From contig JAYUVP010000322.1 in NCBI GenBank assembly GCA_043753995.1, positions 1 through 60,259 on the forward strand: a stretch of DNA of 60,259 bases. Reading direction: 5' to 3'. Position 1 is the first letter of the stretch, and each line of letters begins with the position of its first letter. Source of the stretch: Fibrobacterota bacterium. Its GTDB lineage: Bacteria; Fibrobacterota; Fibrobacteria; UBA11236. Made by a program: the position numbers and the translations under genes. Under the pieces are notes generated by a model. It saw only the letters and a list, made by a program, of their open reading frames with translations, was not told the DNA's origin and searched no databases. Below are positions 16,917 to 27,189 of this stretch, in pieces.

Positions 16917-19900
16917 ATGACTGATACCAAGAAACGCGTCTCTTCGCTGGCCAAGTCCTACGACATCTCGAGCGATATGTTGCTCAAGTTGCTCAAGGAT
17001 ACGGGCGAAGACGTTAAGTCGGCCTCCAGTATGATCGACCAGCCCACCTTTCTCAAGGTGAAGCCGCTCATTCACGCCGAAAAAGAGCGCCAAGAGCGCG
17101 ATGAACTCATTAAGTCGGGCAAAAAAATCCCGATGAAGGCTGTGATCAAGAAGGGTCCGCCTCCGGCACCTCCAGTTCACATTCCAGCACCAGCGCCCGT
17201 TGTGGCTGCGCCCGTGGTCGAAGCTGCACCTGTGGCAGCGGCGATTTCCGAGCCCAAGCCTGCGCCGCGTCCGGCACCGGTAGCCGAATCCGCTCCCGAG
17301 CCCGTGCAAGCCCCCAAGCCTGCACCCAAGGCCGAGGTCGAAGCGCCAAAGTCCGCACCTGTGGCCGAAGCCCGTCCCGAAGTGGCTGCGCCCTCCGAGG
17401 TGGTGGAAAAGCAGGTGCGTCGTCTGGACTCGATGGACACGATTACGCCATCGTCTCCCAATAAATTTCAAACACGTATTGAAAAGCCCGTCCCTCGCCC
17501 GGTCCCAGTGGAAGCACCGGCCGCGATTTCGCGTCCTGAGCCCAAGCCCGTCGAAGCAGCTCCTGCTCCGGCAGTGTCGGCGCCGTCTACAGCCCCGGTC
17601 GAAGCCGTTGCGGCAGCAGCATCAGCACCCGAAGCCGCAGCGTCTGAGCCAGCTTCCCCTGTGGCCAAAAACATGACTTCGGCCGATGCCGAGGCCAAGG
17701 CACGCTCGATTTATCAAGAGTTGAAAGTTTCCGTCGAAAAACCCGATGCCGCCCTTTTGGCCCGCATCGCCCGCAGCCGACAAGATCAAGGTCGCCGTGG
17801 TGGAGGAGATCGTCAAGCTCCAGGTCAAGGCTATTCCGGTCAACTCACCCGCCCTGCAGGCGGCGGTACAGGCGGAACCGGCGGTGGTTATCAAGGCAAT
17901 CGCGGTCCCGGTGGACCCGGTGGTCGTGATGGCCAAGGTGGTGGCTATCAGGGCAATCGCGGTCCAGGCGGACCGGGTGGCCCAGGTGGCGCCGGTGGAT
18001 ATGGCGGCAATCGCGGTCCTGGTGGACCCGGCGGCCAAACAGGTTATCAAGGCAATCGCGGTCCCGGTGGTCCAGGTGGACCCGGCGGCGGCGGTGGTTA
18101 TCAAGGCAATAGACCCAGCGGCCCCGGCGGCGGCGGTGGCGGTTATCAAGGCAATCGCCCCAGCGGTCCCGGCGGCGGTGGCTATCAGGGTGCTCGTGGT
18201 CCGAGTGGACCTGGCGGCGGTGCGGGTGGCGGCGGCGGTGGCGTAGGCCCCGGTCGCGGTCAACGCGGCTTTGATTCTCCCCGTGATGTTTTTGCCCTGC
18301 GTGCCCAGCAAGCGGGTGTTGTCGCCGGTCCCGGCGTCGGCGCTGGCGCTCCTCCTGGCCGTAGCGATAGAGACAAGGATAAAGAGCGAGGGAACCGCCC
18401 CGAGGGTGGCGGAGGCGGCGGCGGAGGCGGTCAAGCTCCACGTGGACGCTCCGGCGGACGCGGACGTCGTAAGACTAAGGAACAGATCGAAGCCGAATTG
18501 TTGGCAGCTCGCAATAATGTGACCAAGGTCATGGCGAGTTTGTCCAAGACTCCGGGTGGCAAATTGCGGCGCGACCGCAAAGATGGCGAAGAAGAGCAAG
18601 GCGGCGAAGAGAAGCGCATTGTCAAGGTCGCCGACTTTATCACCATCGGTGAATTGGCTGGCCAGCTCAATGTCTTGCCTGCCAAGGTCATTGCCAAGTG
18701 CATGGAAATGGGCATGATGGTGACCATCAATCAGCGCCTTGACCATGAAATGATCGCCCTCATTGCCGGTGAATTCGGCTTTGAAGCCGAATTGATGGAA
18801 GAATATTCCGAAGAAGCCTTAGGCACTTCGGAAGAGGGTCATGACGACCCCGAGAAATTGGTTTCTCGCGCACCTATCATCACCGTGATGGGTCACGTCG
18901 ATCATGGTAAGACTTCGATACTCGATTATATCCGCAAGACCAGTGTGGTCGCGGGCGAATCGGGTGGCATTACCCAGCATATCGGCGCCTATCGCGTGGC
19001 GACTCGCCTCGGCCCTATTTGCTTCTTAGATACTCCCGGTCATGAGGCTTTCTCGGCCATGCGTACTCGCGGCGCCAATGTCACAGACGTTGTCCTGCTT
19101 GTGGTCGCCGCCGATAGCATGGTCATGCCTCAAACCAAGGAAGCGATTTCCTTGGCGAAGAATGCCAATTGCCAAATCGTGGTGGCCATCAACAAAATCG
19201 ACTTGCCCACGGCCAATGCCGACAAGATTCGCACCCAACTCGCCGAACATGGCGTGCAGGACGAAGCTTGGGGTGGTACGGTTTCCGTGGTGGAAGTCTC
19301 GGCCAAGAGCGGCCTCAATATGGACAAGCTCCTGGAACGCTTGGCCCTCGAAACCGAATTGCTCGAACTCAAGGCCAATCCGGATCGTCCCGCCATGGGA
19401 ACGGTCATTGAATCGCGCCTCGATCGCGGCAAAGGCCCGGTCGCCACGGTGCTGGTGCAAACCGGAACCTTGCGCGTCGGCGACGCCTTCGTCACCGGTA
19501 TTCATTCGGGACGCGTGCGCGCCCTGCTCGATGAACGCGACCGTCCCCTCAAGGAAGCCGGTCCTTCGTCGCCTGTGCAAGTGCTCGGAACCGAAGGTGC
19601 GCCTCAAGCCGGCGACAGCTTTGTCGTCGTCGAAGACGAGCGCGAAGCGCGTGAAATCGCCACCCGCCGCCGCATGGCGGCCAAGGATCGCGAATTGCGC
19701 CAGAAGCGGCATATCACTCTCGATCAGCTGCATGAGCAAATCAAGAGCGGTGAATTCCATGAGCTCAAGTGCATTATCAAGGGCGACGTGGATGGCTCAG
19801 TGGAAGCCATCGCCAACTCCTTGGAAAAGCTTTCGACTAAGGAAGTGCGCGTCAATGTGATTAGCAAGGGCGTGGGCGCCGTGAAGGAGGCTGATATTCA

Positions 19901-20384
19901 ATTGGCCGCCGCGGCCGATGCCTTGGTGATCGCCTTTCACGTCATTCCCAATGACCAAGTCCGCAATATGGCGGAACGCGAAGGCGTGACCATCAATCTC
20001 TATCGCATCATTTACGATGTGGTTGATGATATCAAAGCCGCGATGGAAGGCATGCTCTTGCCTGAAATCCGCGAAGAAGTCGCTGGCGATGCAGAAATCT
20101 TGAAGCTTTTCAAGATCAAGGGCGTCGGTTTGATCGCGGGTTGCAAGGTTAGCAGCGGTGTGGTCGAACGCGACCTCAAGGCCCGCGTTTATCGCAACGG
20201 CATTGAAGTCGCCGAAGCCAAGGTCACCTCGCTTAAGCGCGAGAAGGACGATGTCAAGACGGTCAAGGCTGGCTTCGAATGCGGTATCGGACTCGACAAT
20301 ATCAAGGATATTCGGGAATCCGATGTCATTGCCTTCTTCCGTAAGGTTGAAGTCGCTCGCAAGCTCACCGCAGCCAACGCCTGA
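16917..20384 (+). CDS. infB: Translation initiation factor IF-2
   Basis: GHVDHGKTS, GGITQHIGAY, DTPGHEAF, NKID, GFECGI. Long Pro/Ala- and Gly-rich N-terminal region. Start placed at MTDTKKR. Confidence 0.98.
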   Translation: MTDTKKRVSSLAKSYDISSDMLLKLLKDTGEDVKSASSMIDQPTFLKVKPLIHAEKERQERDELIKSGKKIPMKAVIKKGPPPAPPVHIPAPAPVVAAPVVEAAPVAAAISEPKPAPRPAPVAESAPEPVQAPKPAPKAEVEAPKSAPVAEARPEVAAPSEVVEKQVRRLDSMDTITPSSPNKFQTRIEKPVPRPVPVEAPAAISRPEPKPVEAAPAPAVSAPSTAPVEAVAAAASAPEAAASEPASPVAKNMTSADAEAKARSIYQELKVSVEKPDAALLARIARSRQDQGRRGGGDRQAPGQGYSGQLTRPAGGGTGGTGGGYQGNRGPGGPGGRDGQGGGYQGNRGPGGPGGPGGAGGYGGNRGPGGPGGQTGYQGNRGPGGPGGPGGGGGYQGNRPSGPGGGGGGYQGNRPSGPGGGGYQGARGPSGPGGGAGGGGGGVGPGRGQRGFDSPRDVFALRAQQAGVVAGPGVGAGAPPGRSDRDKDKERGNRPEGGGGGGGGGQAPRGRSGGRGRRKTKEQIEAELLAARNNVTKVMASLSKTPGGKLRRDRKDGEEEQGGEEKRIVKVADFITIGELAGQLNVLPAKVIAKCMEMGMMVTINQRLDHEMIALIAGEFGFEAELMEEYSEEALGTSEEGHDDPEKLVSRAPIITVMGHVDHGKTSILDYIRKTSVVAGESGGITQHIGAYRVATRLGPICFLDTPGHEAFSAMRTRGANVTDVVLLVVAADSMVMPQTKEAISLAKNANCQIVVAINKIDLPTANADKIRTQLAEHGVQDEAWGGTVSVVEVSAKSGLNMDKLLERLALETELLELKANPDRPAMGTVIESRLDRGKGPVATVLVQTGTLRVGDAFVTGIHSGRVRALLDERDRPLKEAGPSSPVQVLGTEGAPQAGDSFVVVEDEREAREIATRRRMAAKDRELRQKRHITLDQLHEQIKSGEFHELKCIIKGDVDGSVEAIANSLEKLSTKEVRVNVISKGVGAVKEADIQLAAAADALVIAFHVIPNDQVRNMAEREGVTINLYRIIYDVVDDIKAAMEGMLLPEIREEVAGDAEILKLFKIKGVGLIAGCKVSSGVVERDLKARVYRNGIEVAEAKVTSLKREKDDVKTVKAGFECGIGLDNIKDIRESDVIAFFRKVEVARKLTAANA
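17860..18245 (+). repeat. Tandem Gly-rich G-G-Y-Q-G-N-R-G-P-G-G-P-G-G repeats within IF-2
   Basis: Seven Y(Q/G)G(N/A)R units with GP/GG spacers; the DNA unit GG(T/C)TATCA(A/G)GGCAATCGC recurs. Confidence 0.9.
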
Positions 20385-20469
20385 AGCGGATCCTGGTGCC
20401 CGCGCCCTTCTCTGAGAAGGCCGCGCGGGTCACCTTCCCCGCACCACCCAGTTACACGGACCCCATCCC

Positions 20470-20853
20470 ATGACTCGCAGGACGGATCGCATCGGCCACC
20501 TCATTCAACGTGAGTTGGGCGATTTTATGCTCCGGGAAATGTCGGATCAACGCGTGGGCTTTGTGACCATATCCCGTGTGGATGTGACCACCGACCTAGC
20601 CCATGCCAGGGTCTTTATTTCCATTTTGGGCAATGACAAGGAAAAGCACGATTCGCTCGAAGCCCTGGCGCATTCGGCCGGCTTTATGCGGACTCACCTT
20701 GCCAAAGCTCTCAAAACCCGAACCGTACCCCGCCTAGCTTTTGTCGAAGACAAAAATCTTGATCATGGCTTTCGAATCAATGAAGTCCTTAAGGGCTTGC
20801 AAGCCAAAGAGAAAGTCGACAAGCCCGAGGCTGACCCAGAAGACGAAGAATGA
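20470..20853 (+). CDS. rbfA: Ribosome-binding factor A
   Basis: FVTISRVDVTTDLAHARVF, RTVPRLAFVED; follows infB. Confidence 0.96.
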   Translation: MTRRTDRIGHLIQRELGDFMLREMSDQRVGFVTISRVDVTTDLAHARVFISILGNDKEKHDSLEALAHSAGFMRTHLAKALKTRTVPRLAFVEDKNLDHGFRINEVLKGLQAKEKVDKPEADPEDEE

Positions 20854-21833
20854 TTTTGACCGATACCCTGCCTTTACCTGATTTGGAACGAAAAGCCGAA
20901 CTGTTGAACTCGAAACCCAATTCCAACCCTTCGGCGAAGCCGCGCTCCCAGGCTCATGGCTTTTTGCTTTTGGACAAAGCGACTGGCATCAGTTCCTTTC
21001 AAGCCCTTTATCCCGTCAAGCGCTTATTTCGTGGGCAAAAAGTCGGCCATGCCGGCACCCTCGACCCCGCCGCCTCGGGTTTGCTTTTGGTGGCCGTCGG
21101 CAATGGCACTCGCCTGCTTGAATTTCTCGAAGGTTTGCCCAAGGTTTATCGCTTTGATTTGCAGCTCGGTATTACCACCGACACCTATGATCTCGAAGGC
21201 GAAGTGCTTGAACGAAAGCCCGTGCCCGAATTGAGCAACGAGCAAATCGAAGAAGCGCTGGCTCCATTTCGCGGTAAAATTCAGCAAACCCCGCCCGCCT
21301 ATTCGGCCATCAAAATTCAGGGCAAACGCGCCTGCGACCGCGTGCGAGCGGGCGAAACCGTTGCTTTGACGCCGCGCGAAGTCGAGGTGAAGCGCCTCGA
21401 ACTCAAGGAGCGCAAGGGCGATCGGATGACCCTGGAGCTTTTTTGTTCCAAGGGCACCTATGTACGCACCTTGGCCCATGAAATAGGCCAAGTGCTCGGC
21501 TGTGGCGGAGTCGCCGCCGACATTCGCCGCCTACAAATCGGCCCTTATGACTTGCGCGATGCCAAGCCCGAAGGCGACTTGACCGGAGAGGCCGACTTAT
21601 TGCCACTCGCTTCGGCCATGCATCATTTGCCTGGTGTTCAGCTCATCGATAGGTGGATAGGCCCCTTGCTCAATGGCAATTCCGTGCCTCCCGTGGGCTA
21701 TGCCCTGATTGAATCCGATACCGTGGCAGATTCACTTTATCGCGTCTTAGATAAATCTGGCAATCTTGTGGCTATCGGCGAAATCAATGCCCTGCGCCAA
21801 TTATTGCCCCGCAAGGTGCTTGCCGGATCGTGA
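20850..21833 (+). CDS. truB: tRNA pseudouridine(55) synthase TruB
   Basis: GFLLLDK, KVGHAGTLDPAASG, QTPPAYSAIKIQG, CSKGTYVRTLA. Confidence 0.96.
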   Translation: MILTDTLPLPDLERKAELLNSKPNSNPSAKPRSQAHGFLLLDKATGISSFQALYPVKRLFRGQKVGHAGTLDPAASGLLLVAVGNGTRLLEFLEGLPKVYRFDLQLGITTDTYDLEGEVLERKPVPELSNEQIEEALAPFRGKIQQTPPAYSAIKIQGKRACDRVRAGETVALTPREVEVKRLELKERKGDRMTLELFCSKGTYVRTLAHEIGQVLGCGGVAADIRRLQIGPYDLRDAKPEGDLTGEADLLPLASAMHHLPGVQLIDRWIGPLLNGNSVPPVGYALIESDTVADSLYRVLDKSGNLVAIGEINALRQLLPRKVLAGS

Positions 21834-22756
21834 ACCTTCCGGCTCAAGGCTGGGATGAAATCCGTCTCGCAAGGCCGAGCGCAATCACTCTGGGCAATTT
21901 CGATGGTGTTCATCTAGGGCATCAGCATGTGCTTCATCGCCTCATTCGGCTCGCAGGGGAACGCCAACTCGACCCGGTAGTGCTCACCTTTGATCCTCAT
22001 CCCCGCCAGGTTTTCCGCCCCGACGACCCCTTCTCCTGCCTGGCTTCGCCGGCTGAAAAAGCCCATTGGCTGGCTCCCTACCCGGTCCAAGTCATCACCT
22101 TGCGCTTCGATAAGGCTTTGGCCGGAGTCCCTGCCGAAAGCTTTGCTCGCGATTTATTGCTGGGACGTATGCAGGGCCAGCTTTTTTTATTGGGCCATGA
22201 TCATCGCTTCGGCTCCGGGGCCAAGGGCGATGCCAACTTATTGCGATCGCTTTCCCAACCCGAATGGGTCATCGAGGAAAATGAGCCCGTTCATGTCGGT
22301 GGTGAGCTTGTCAGCTCTTCCGTGATTCGCGCCCATTTGGAAAAAGGTCATTTGGAACAAGCCAATGCCCTGCTGGGGCGGCCTTTCAGCTATTCCGGCC
22401 AGGTCGTGGCCGGCATGGGAAGGGCCAGGCAAATGAAGGTGCCCACGGCCAACGTGAATACCGGCTGCCCCGAGAAGGTACGCGTGGCTTCAGGCGTTTA
22501 TTTCGGAGTGGCGACGTGGCAAGGTCAACAAAAGTCGGCCCTGGCCAATATTGGATTTTCCCCCACTTTCGGGGAACAGCAGTATAAAATCGAAGTTCAC
22601 ATTCCGGGATTTACCGGCAATTTGTATGGGCAAGATTTGCAATTCGAATTGCTGAAATTCCACCGACCCGAGCGCCGTTTTGCGGATATTGATGAATTGA
22701 AGGCACAAATCGAAAGCGATTTATCGGATTTTTTCGCGTTTGTCGGATACCCCTAG
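21830..22756 (+). CDS. ribF: Bifunctional riboflavin kinase/FAD synthetase
   Basis: GNFDGVHLGHQ, TFDPHP, GHDHRFG, VSSSVIR, PTAN, NIGFSPTF, EVHI. Confidence 0.96.
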   Translation: MNLPAQGWDEIRLARPSAITLGNFDGVHLGHQHVLHRLIRLAGERQLDPVVLTFDPHPRQVFRPDDPFSCLASPAEKAHWLAPYPVQVITLRFDKALAGVPAESFARDLLLGRMQGQLFLLGHDHRFGSGAKGDANLLRSLSQPEWVIEENEPVHVGGELVSSSVIRAHLEKGHLEQANALLGRPFSYSGQVVAGMGRARQMKVPTANVNTGCPEKVRVASGVYFGVATWQGQQKSALANIGFSPTFGEQQYKIEVHIPGFTGNLYGQDLQFELLKFHRPERRFADIDELKAQIESDLSDFFAFVGYP

Positions 22757-22815
22757 GGCCTTTAGTTACCTTACCATACAATTGGGTTATAGCCCATATT
22801 ACCAAGGACCACCTC

Positions 22816-22956
22816 ATGAACGATATGACCGACACCAAGGGTCTTGTCGATGACGGCCCCAATTTTATTGGGCCTTTACTCATCATTGCTTCCATTTTAG
22901 TGTTCATTTTGCTGCTTTTGGGCCTTTTCATGCCCAATGCGACCTGGGCGACCTAA
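22816..22956 (+). CDS. Small single-TM protein (46 aa; below the ORF-track cutoff)
   Basis: AAGGA SD, then MNDMTDTKGLVDDGPNFIGPLLIIASILVFILLLLGLFMPNATWAT*; upstream TACAAT -10-like box. Confidence 0.6.
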   Translation: MNDMTDTKGLVDDGPNFIGPLLIIASILVFILLLLGLFMPNATWAT

Positions 22957-23106
22957 TTTCGCCGGCGCCGCGGCAGGTGAAAATCTGCCGCCAAAGTGAT
23001 TTTCTAAGGGCTTGAGGCCAAAGCATTTGGCTAGACCCGTTTCGTTATCTACTTTTCCGCGTCTCACTGAAATAACAAAACCGGCCAGCCAAGGAAAAGT
23101 ATCCGC

Positions 23107-23379
23107 ATGCCGACCATGACCAAGGACATCGCCCACAATCTCGTGACCCAATTCGGCGTCAATGAGAATGACTCTGGCAATCCCAAAGTGCAAGTAGCGC
23201 TTTTGACCCACCGCATTGTTTCCATTACCGAACACATGAAGGTTCATAAGAAGGACAAGCACAGCCGCCGCGGCCTGACCACCATGGTCGCCCAGCGCCG
23301 TCGCTTGCTCAACTATTTGCAGCGCAATGACCTCTCCGGTTATCGTGGCTTGATCAAGCAACTCGATTTGCGTCGTTAA
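23107..23379 (+). CDS. rpsO: 30S ribosomal protein S15
   Basis: DSGNPKVQVALLT, HKKDKHSRRGL, RRRLLNYL. Confidence 0.98.
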   Translation: MPTMTKDIAHNLVTQFGVNENDSGNPKVQVALLTHRIVSITEHMKVHKKDKHSRRGLTTMVAQRRRLLNYLQRNDLSGYRGLIKQLDLRR

Positions 23380-23549
23380 TTTCTTTTCATTTTCCCAAAA
23401 CGCCCGCCGCGCGGCCCCGACGTGTTCGTGGCGCGCGCCTGCGGGTCGCCACTTCCGGCCACCGCATCCCGCCTTGTGGGACTATGGCTGCAAGCGGAGG
23501 CCATCGCATTGAATAGGCGCCTGCCGCGCGTGGCGAGAAAGCACCATCA

Positions 23550-25637
23550 ATGTCTCAACACAGCGTTTCTGTCGTCCTACCCGGCGACAAAACCATCACA
23601 ATTGAATCTGGAAAATGGGCCAAACAGGCGCTCGGCTCCGTATTGGCCCGCATGGGCAATACCGTGGTGCTTTGCACGGTTTGCACCGGTCCCGATCAAG
23701 ACAATGACTTTTTCCCCCTAACCGTCGAATACCGCGAGCGCTTTTATGCCGCGGGTAAAATTCCCGGCGGTTATTTCAAGCGCGAACTCAAGCCCAATGA
23801 TCATGAAGTGCTGAATTCGCGCATCATCGATCGTCCCTTGCGCCCCATGTTTCCCGACGGCTATCGTCGCGAAGTGCAAGTGGTGGCCACGGTTTTATCG
23901 GCGGACGAGAAATACGACACCGACACCATCGCCGTCGGCGCCGCTTCGGCCGCCATCGGCTTGGCCGGCCTTCCTTTCGAAGACCAAGTTGCCTCTGTGA
24001 AGGTTGCTGGCAATCGTGACGGAAGTTTCATCATCAATCCCACTTTCGAAGAACAAGAACAAGCCGACATCGAACTCGTCGTCGCTGGCAGCGCCACTTC
24101 GATTCTCATGGTCGAAGGCAGTGCGATTGAAGTGAGCGAAAAGCTCATGGTCGATGCCATCTTGGCAGGCCACGAAGCCATCAAGCTTTTGTGCAAGGCT
24201 CAGAAAGAGCTCATCTCTTTCTTTGAAGTCAAAAAGAGCGATTGGCAGCCCAAGGCCATCGACGCCGAGCTTTTCAAAGCAGTGGAAGAAGTGGCTGCTC
24301 CCATGTTGAGGAAGGCCTTGCATACGCCCATGCTCAAGAAGGCGCATTATGGCGCCATCGGTGAATTGAAAAGAACCGTTTTGGCGGCATTGGCTGAGCG
24401 CTTCCCCGGTCGCGAAAAAGACATCAAGGCCTATCTCGAACAAGTCGAATGGCGCGACATGCGCGAATTGGTTTTGTCGGAAAAGATTCGCATTGATGGT
24501 CGCGGAACCAAGGACGTTCGCCCCATCGACATCGATACCCAGGCTTTGCCACGCGCCCACGGTTCGTCCTTGTTTCAGCGCGGCGAAACCCAGGCCCTCG
24601 TGGTCGTCACGCTGGGAACTCGCACCGACGAGCAGCGCATCGAATCGCTCCAGGGCGAAACCTTCAAGAGCTATATGCTGCATTACAACTTCCCCGGCTT
24701 TTCGGTCGGTGAAGCCAAGCGCATGGGCGTCACGGGTCGTCGCGAAGTCGGCCATGGTTTCCTCGCCGAGCGCGCCCTCGCGCCCGTCTTGCCCACCGCC
24801 GAGAGCTTCCCTTATACCATTCGCATTGTCTCCGATATTCTCGAATCCCATGGCTCCTCGTCCATGGCATCGGTTTGCGGCGGCAGCCTTGCCCTCATGG
24901 ATGCCGGCGTCAAAATCAAGGCTCCCGTGGCCGGTATTGCCATGGGCCTTATCTCCGACGGCAAGCGACACGAGACCTTGAGCGATATCAATGGCACCGA
25001 AGATCATCTCGGCGACATGGATTTCAAAGTTTGCGGTACCGAAAAGGGTATTACCAGCTTCCAGATGGACATCAAGATGGCCGGCATCACCTCCGAAATC
25101 ATGCACCAGGCATTGGAGCAGGCCCGCGAAGGCCGTCTCCATATTCTCGGCAAGATGAAGGAAGCCCTGCCACAAGCTCGCGAATTGAGCAAATACGCGC
25201 CTGCCATCATTCAGAAGAAAATCCCTGCCGAACGCATTAAGGATCTCATCGGTCCTGGCGGCAAAATCATTCGCGGCATTCAAGAGAATTCCGGCGCAAC
25301 CCTCAATGTCGATGATCAAGGCAACTTGACCATTTCGGCTCCTCATCGCGGCAATGCCTTGGTGGCCATGAAAATGGTGAATGAGCTTTTCGCCGAAGCC
25401 GAAGTGGGCAAAACCTATCGCGGCAAGGTGAAGGGCATTGCGACCTTCGGTTGCTTCGTCGAGATTTTGCCTGGCAAAGAAGGCTTGGTCCATATTTCCG
25501 AATTGGCCATTGGCCGCGTCGAGAAAGTCGAAGACGTGGTCTCCATGGGCGACGAGCTCGAAGTCAAATGCATTGGTGTCGACCCGCAGGGCAAAATCAA
25601 GCTCTCGCGCAAGGCGCTTTTGGCTCCTGCCGCTTAA
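23550..25637 (+). CDS. pnp: Polyribonucleotide nucleotidyltransferase (PNPase)
   Basis: FFPLTVEYRE, GKIPGGYFKRE, RIIDRPLRP, HGSSLFQRGETQ, RREVGHG, GDMDFKVCG; KH and S1 domains. Confidence 0.98.
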   Translation: MSQHSVSVVLPGDKTITIESGKWAKQALGSVLARMGNTVVLCTVCTGPDQDNDFFPLTVEYRERFYAAGKIPGGYFKRELKPNDHEVLNSRIIDRPLRPMFPDGYRREVQVVATVLSADEKYDTDTIAVGAASAAIGLAGLPFEDQVASVKVAGNRDGSFIINPTFEEQEQADIELVVAGSATSILMVEGSAIEVSEKLMVDAILAGHEAIKLLCKAQKELISFFEVKKSDWQPKAIDAELFKAVEEVAAPMLRKALHTPMLKKAHYGAIGELKRTVLAALAERFPGREKDIKAYLEQVEWRDMRELVLSEKIRIDGRGTKDVRPIDIDTQALPRAHGSSLFQRGETQALVVVTLGTRTDEQRIESLQGETFKSYMLHYNFPGFSVGEAKRMGVTGRREVGHGFLAERALAPVLPTAESFPYTIRIVSDILESHGSSSMASVCGGSLALMDAGVKIKAPVAGIAMGLISDGKRHETLSDINGTEDHLGDMDFKVCGTEKGITSFQMDIKMAGITSEIMHQALEQAREGRLHILGKMKEALPQARELSKYAPAIIQKKIPAERIKDLIGPGGKIIRGIQENSGATLNVDDQGNLTISAPHRGNALVAMKMVNELFAEAEVGKTYRGKVKGIATFGCFVEILPGKEGLVHISELAIGRVEKVEDVVSMGDELEVKCIGVDPQGKIKLSRKALLAPAA

Positions 25638-25687
25638 TTCGCCCGATGTGGAATACCGGCTAGGCCGGTTAACTGCGGATAAATACG

Positions 25688-25719
25688 AGGCCGTTTCCCC
25701 AGGGAAGCGGCCTTTTTTT
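25688..25719 (+). terminator. Rho-independent terminator of rpsO-pnp
   Basis: AGGCCGTTTCC...GGAAGCGGCCT followed by a T-tract. Confidence 0.85.
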
Positions 25720-25755
25720 ATGCCTAAGGCTTTAGAGAGCTAATCTTTGTGCTCC

Positions 25756-27141
25756 ATGCCAAAAAGACCAGCCTCCGCCGCCAAATCCCGCGTTACTTCC
25801 GCCCCGCAGCAGCGCGGGCGCACCCAGGTCAGCCAACTCCCCAATGGGGTGCTGGTGGCCAGCGAAACCCTGCCAGACGTGCGCTCAGGCAGTCTCGGTG
25901 TTTTTCTCGATATCGGGTCGCGCGACGAGACGCCGCGCACCAATGGGCTGGCTCATCTCTATGAGCATATGGTTTTCAAAGGCACGCCCAAGCATTCGCC
26001 TTTGCAAATCGTGCAACGCTTCGAAGCCAGTGGCGGCCAGGTCAATGCTTATACGAGCAAGGAGCAGACTTGTCTTCATGCCAAGGTCGTGGATACTGAA
26101 GCCGAAGCCAGCCTCGCCATGCTGCTCAGCATGGCCCTCGATTCAAGTTTCGATGCCGGCGAATTGAAAAAAGAGAAAGAAGTCATCGTCGAAGAGATTC
26201 ACAGCGTGCACGACAATCCTGAAGAGCATGTGTACGAGCTTTTCTCAGCGGCAATTTTCGGCGACCATGCCTTGGGTTGCCCTATCGCGGGCACCGATGC
26301 CAGCGTGCGCGGCATGAGCCGTAAGGATTTACTCGCTCATCAAGCCCTCACGCGAGACACGGCACCCATGTTGGTGACGGCGGCAGGGAAAATCGATCAT
26401 GACGCCCTGGTTCAATTGACCTGCAAGGCCTTCAGGATTCCCGGCAGCAAGGCCAAGCCCGTCCCTGCCAATGCGATTGGATTGCTGTCCCCTGCCAATG
26501 CCGATCTGAAAAATGCTCGGCCACGACTGAACCGCACGGTACCCGAAATGAAGGCTCGGCATTTGGTCGATAAGCGTAAGGTGCAGCAATGCAATGTCCT
26601 GCTCGGCGTTCCCACCTTCGGCTGGGAAGATGAAAAGCGCCTAGCCCTTTTGCTGTTGAATCTCGTACTCGGCGATGGCATGAGCTCTCGCCTTTTTCAA
26701 AGTGTACGCGAAGAGCGCGGCTTGGTTTATTCGATTTATTCCAGCCCAGAATTTCTCATCGGCTGCGGCGCCTTCTCCATCGGACTAGCCACCGAGGCGG
26801 GTGATTTACCCAAAGCCCTATCGGCCATCAGCGGCGAGATCAAACGTCTTAAGAAGGAAGGGCTGCCCGCGAAGGAATTGACCGACGCCAAGCGTAACCT
26901 GCGTGGTTCGGTCCTGCTCGGCCTCGAATCGACCAATACTCGCATGGGAGCTTTGGCTCGTCAGATTTTTTACGGGTCGGGCATTGAACCTATCGATCAC
27001 TTTTTGGATCGCATCGAAAAGGTGACGACCAAGCAAGTGAATGCCTGCATTGAAATGCTTTTCCAACGCGAAAAATGGTGTAGCGCCATTGTCGGCCCCG
27101 AAGACGCCAAACTCGATTTGGCTAAGAACTTGAAGTTCTAA
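25756..27141 (+). CDS. M16-family (pitrilysin-like) zinc peptidase
   Basis: GSRDE..GLAHLYEHMVFKGT (HxxEH), NAYTSKEQT, LGDGMSSRLFQSVREERGLVYSI. Position after pnp is common. Confidence 0.93.
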   Translation: MPKRPASAAKSRVTSAPQQRGRTQVSQLPNGVLVASETLPDVRSGSLGVFLDIGSRDETPRTNGLAHLYEHMVFKGTPKHSPLQIVQRFEASGGQVNAYTSKEQTCLHAKVVDTEAEASLAMLLSMALDSSFDAGELKKEKEVIVEEIHSVHDNPEEHVYELFSAAIFGDHALGCPIAGTDASVRGMSRKDLLAHQALTRDTAPMLVTAAGKIDHDALVQLTCKAFRIPGSKAKPVPANAIGLLSPANADLKNARPRLNRTVPEMKARHLVDKRKVQQCNVLLGVPTFGWEDEKRLALLLLNLVLGDGMSSRLFQSVREERGLVYSIYSSPEFLIGCGAFSIGLATEAGDLPKALSAISGEIKRLKKEGLPAKELTDAKRNLRGSVLLGLESTNTRMGALARQIFYGSGIEPIDHFLDRIEKVTTKQVNACIEMLFQREKWCSAIVGPEDAKLDLAKNLKF

Positions 27142-27189
27142 TCGACCCTAAGGGAGCCGTAGCCTTAAGCTCAAGGGATGCGCCGGCAT

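Noticed and set aside
17860..18245. Regularly spaced DNA repeats resembling a CRISPR array
   Set aside because: In-frame coding repeats of IF-2 with synonymous variation and non-unique Gly-coding spacers; no cas genes.
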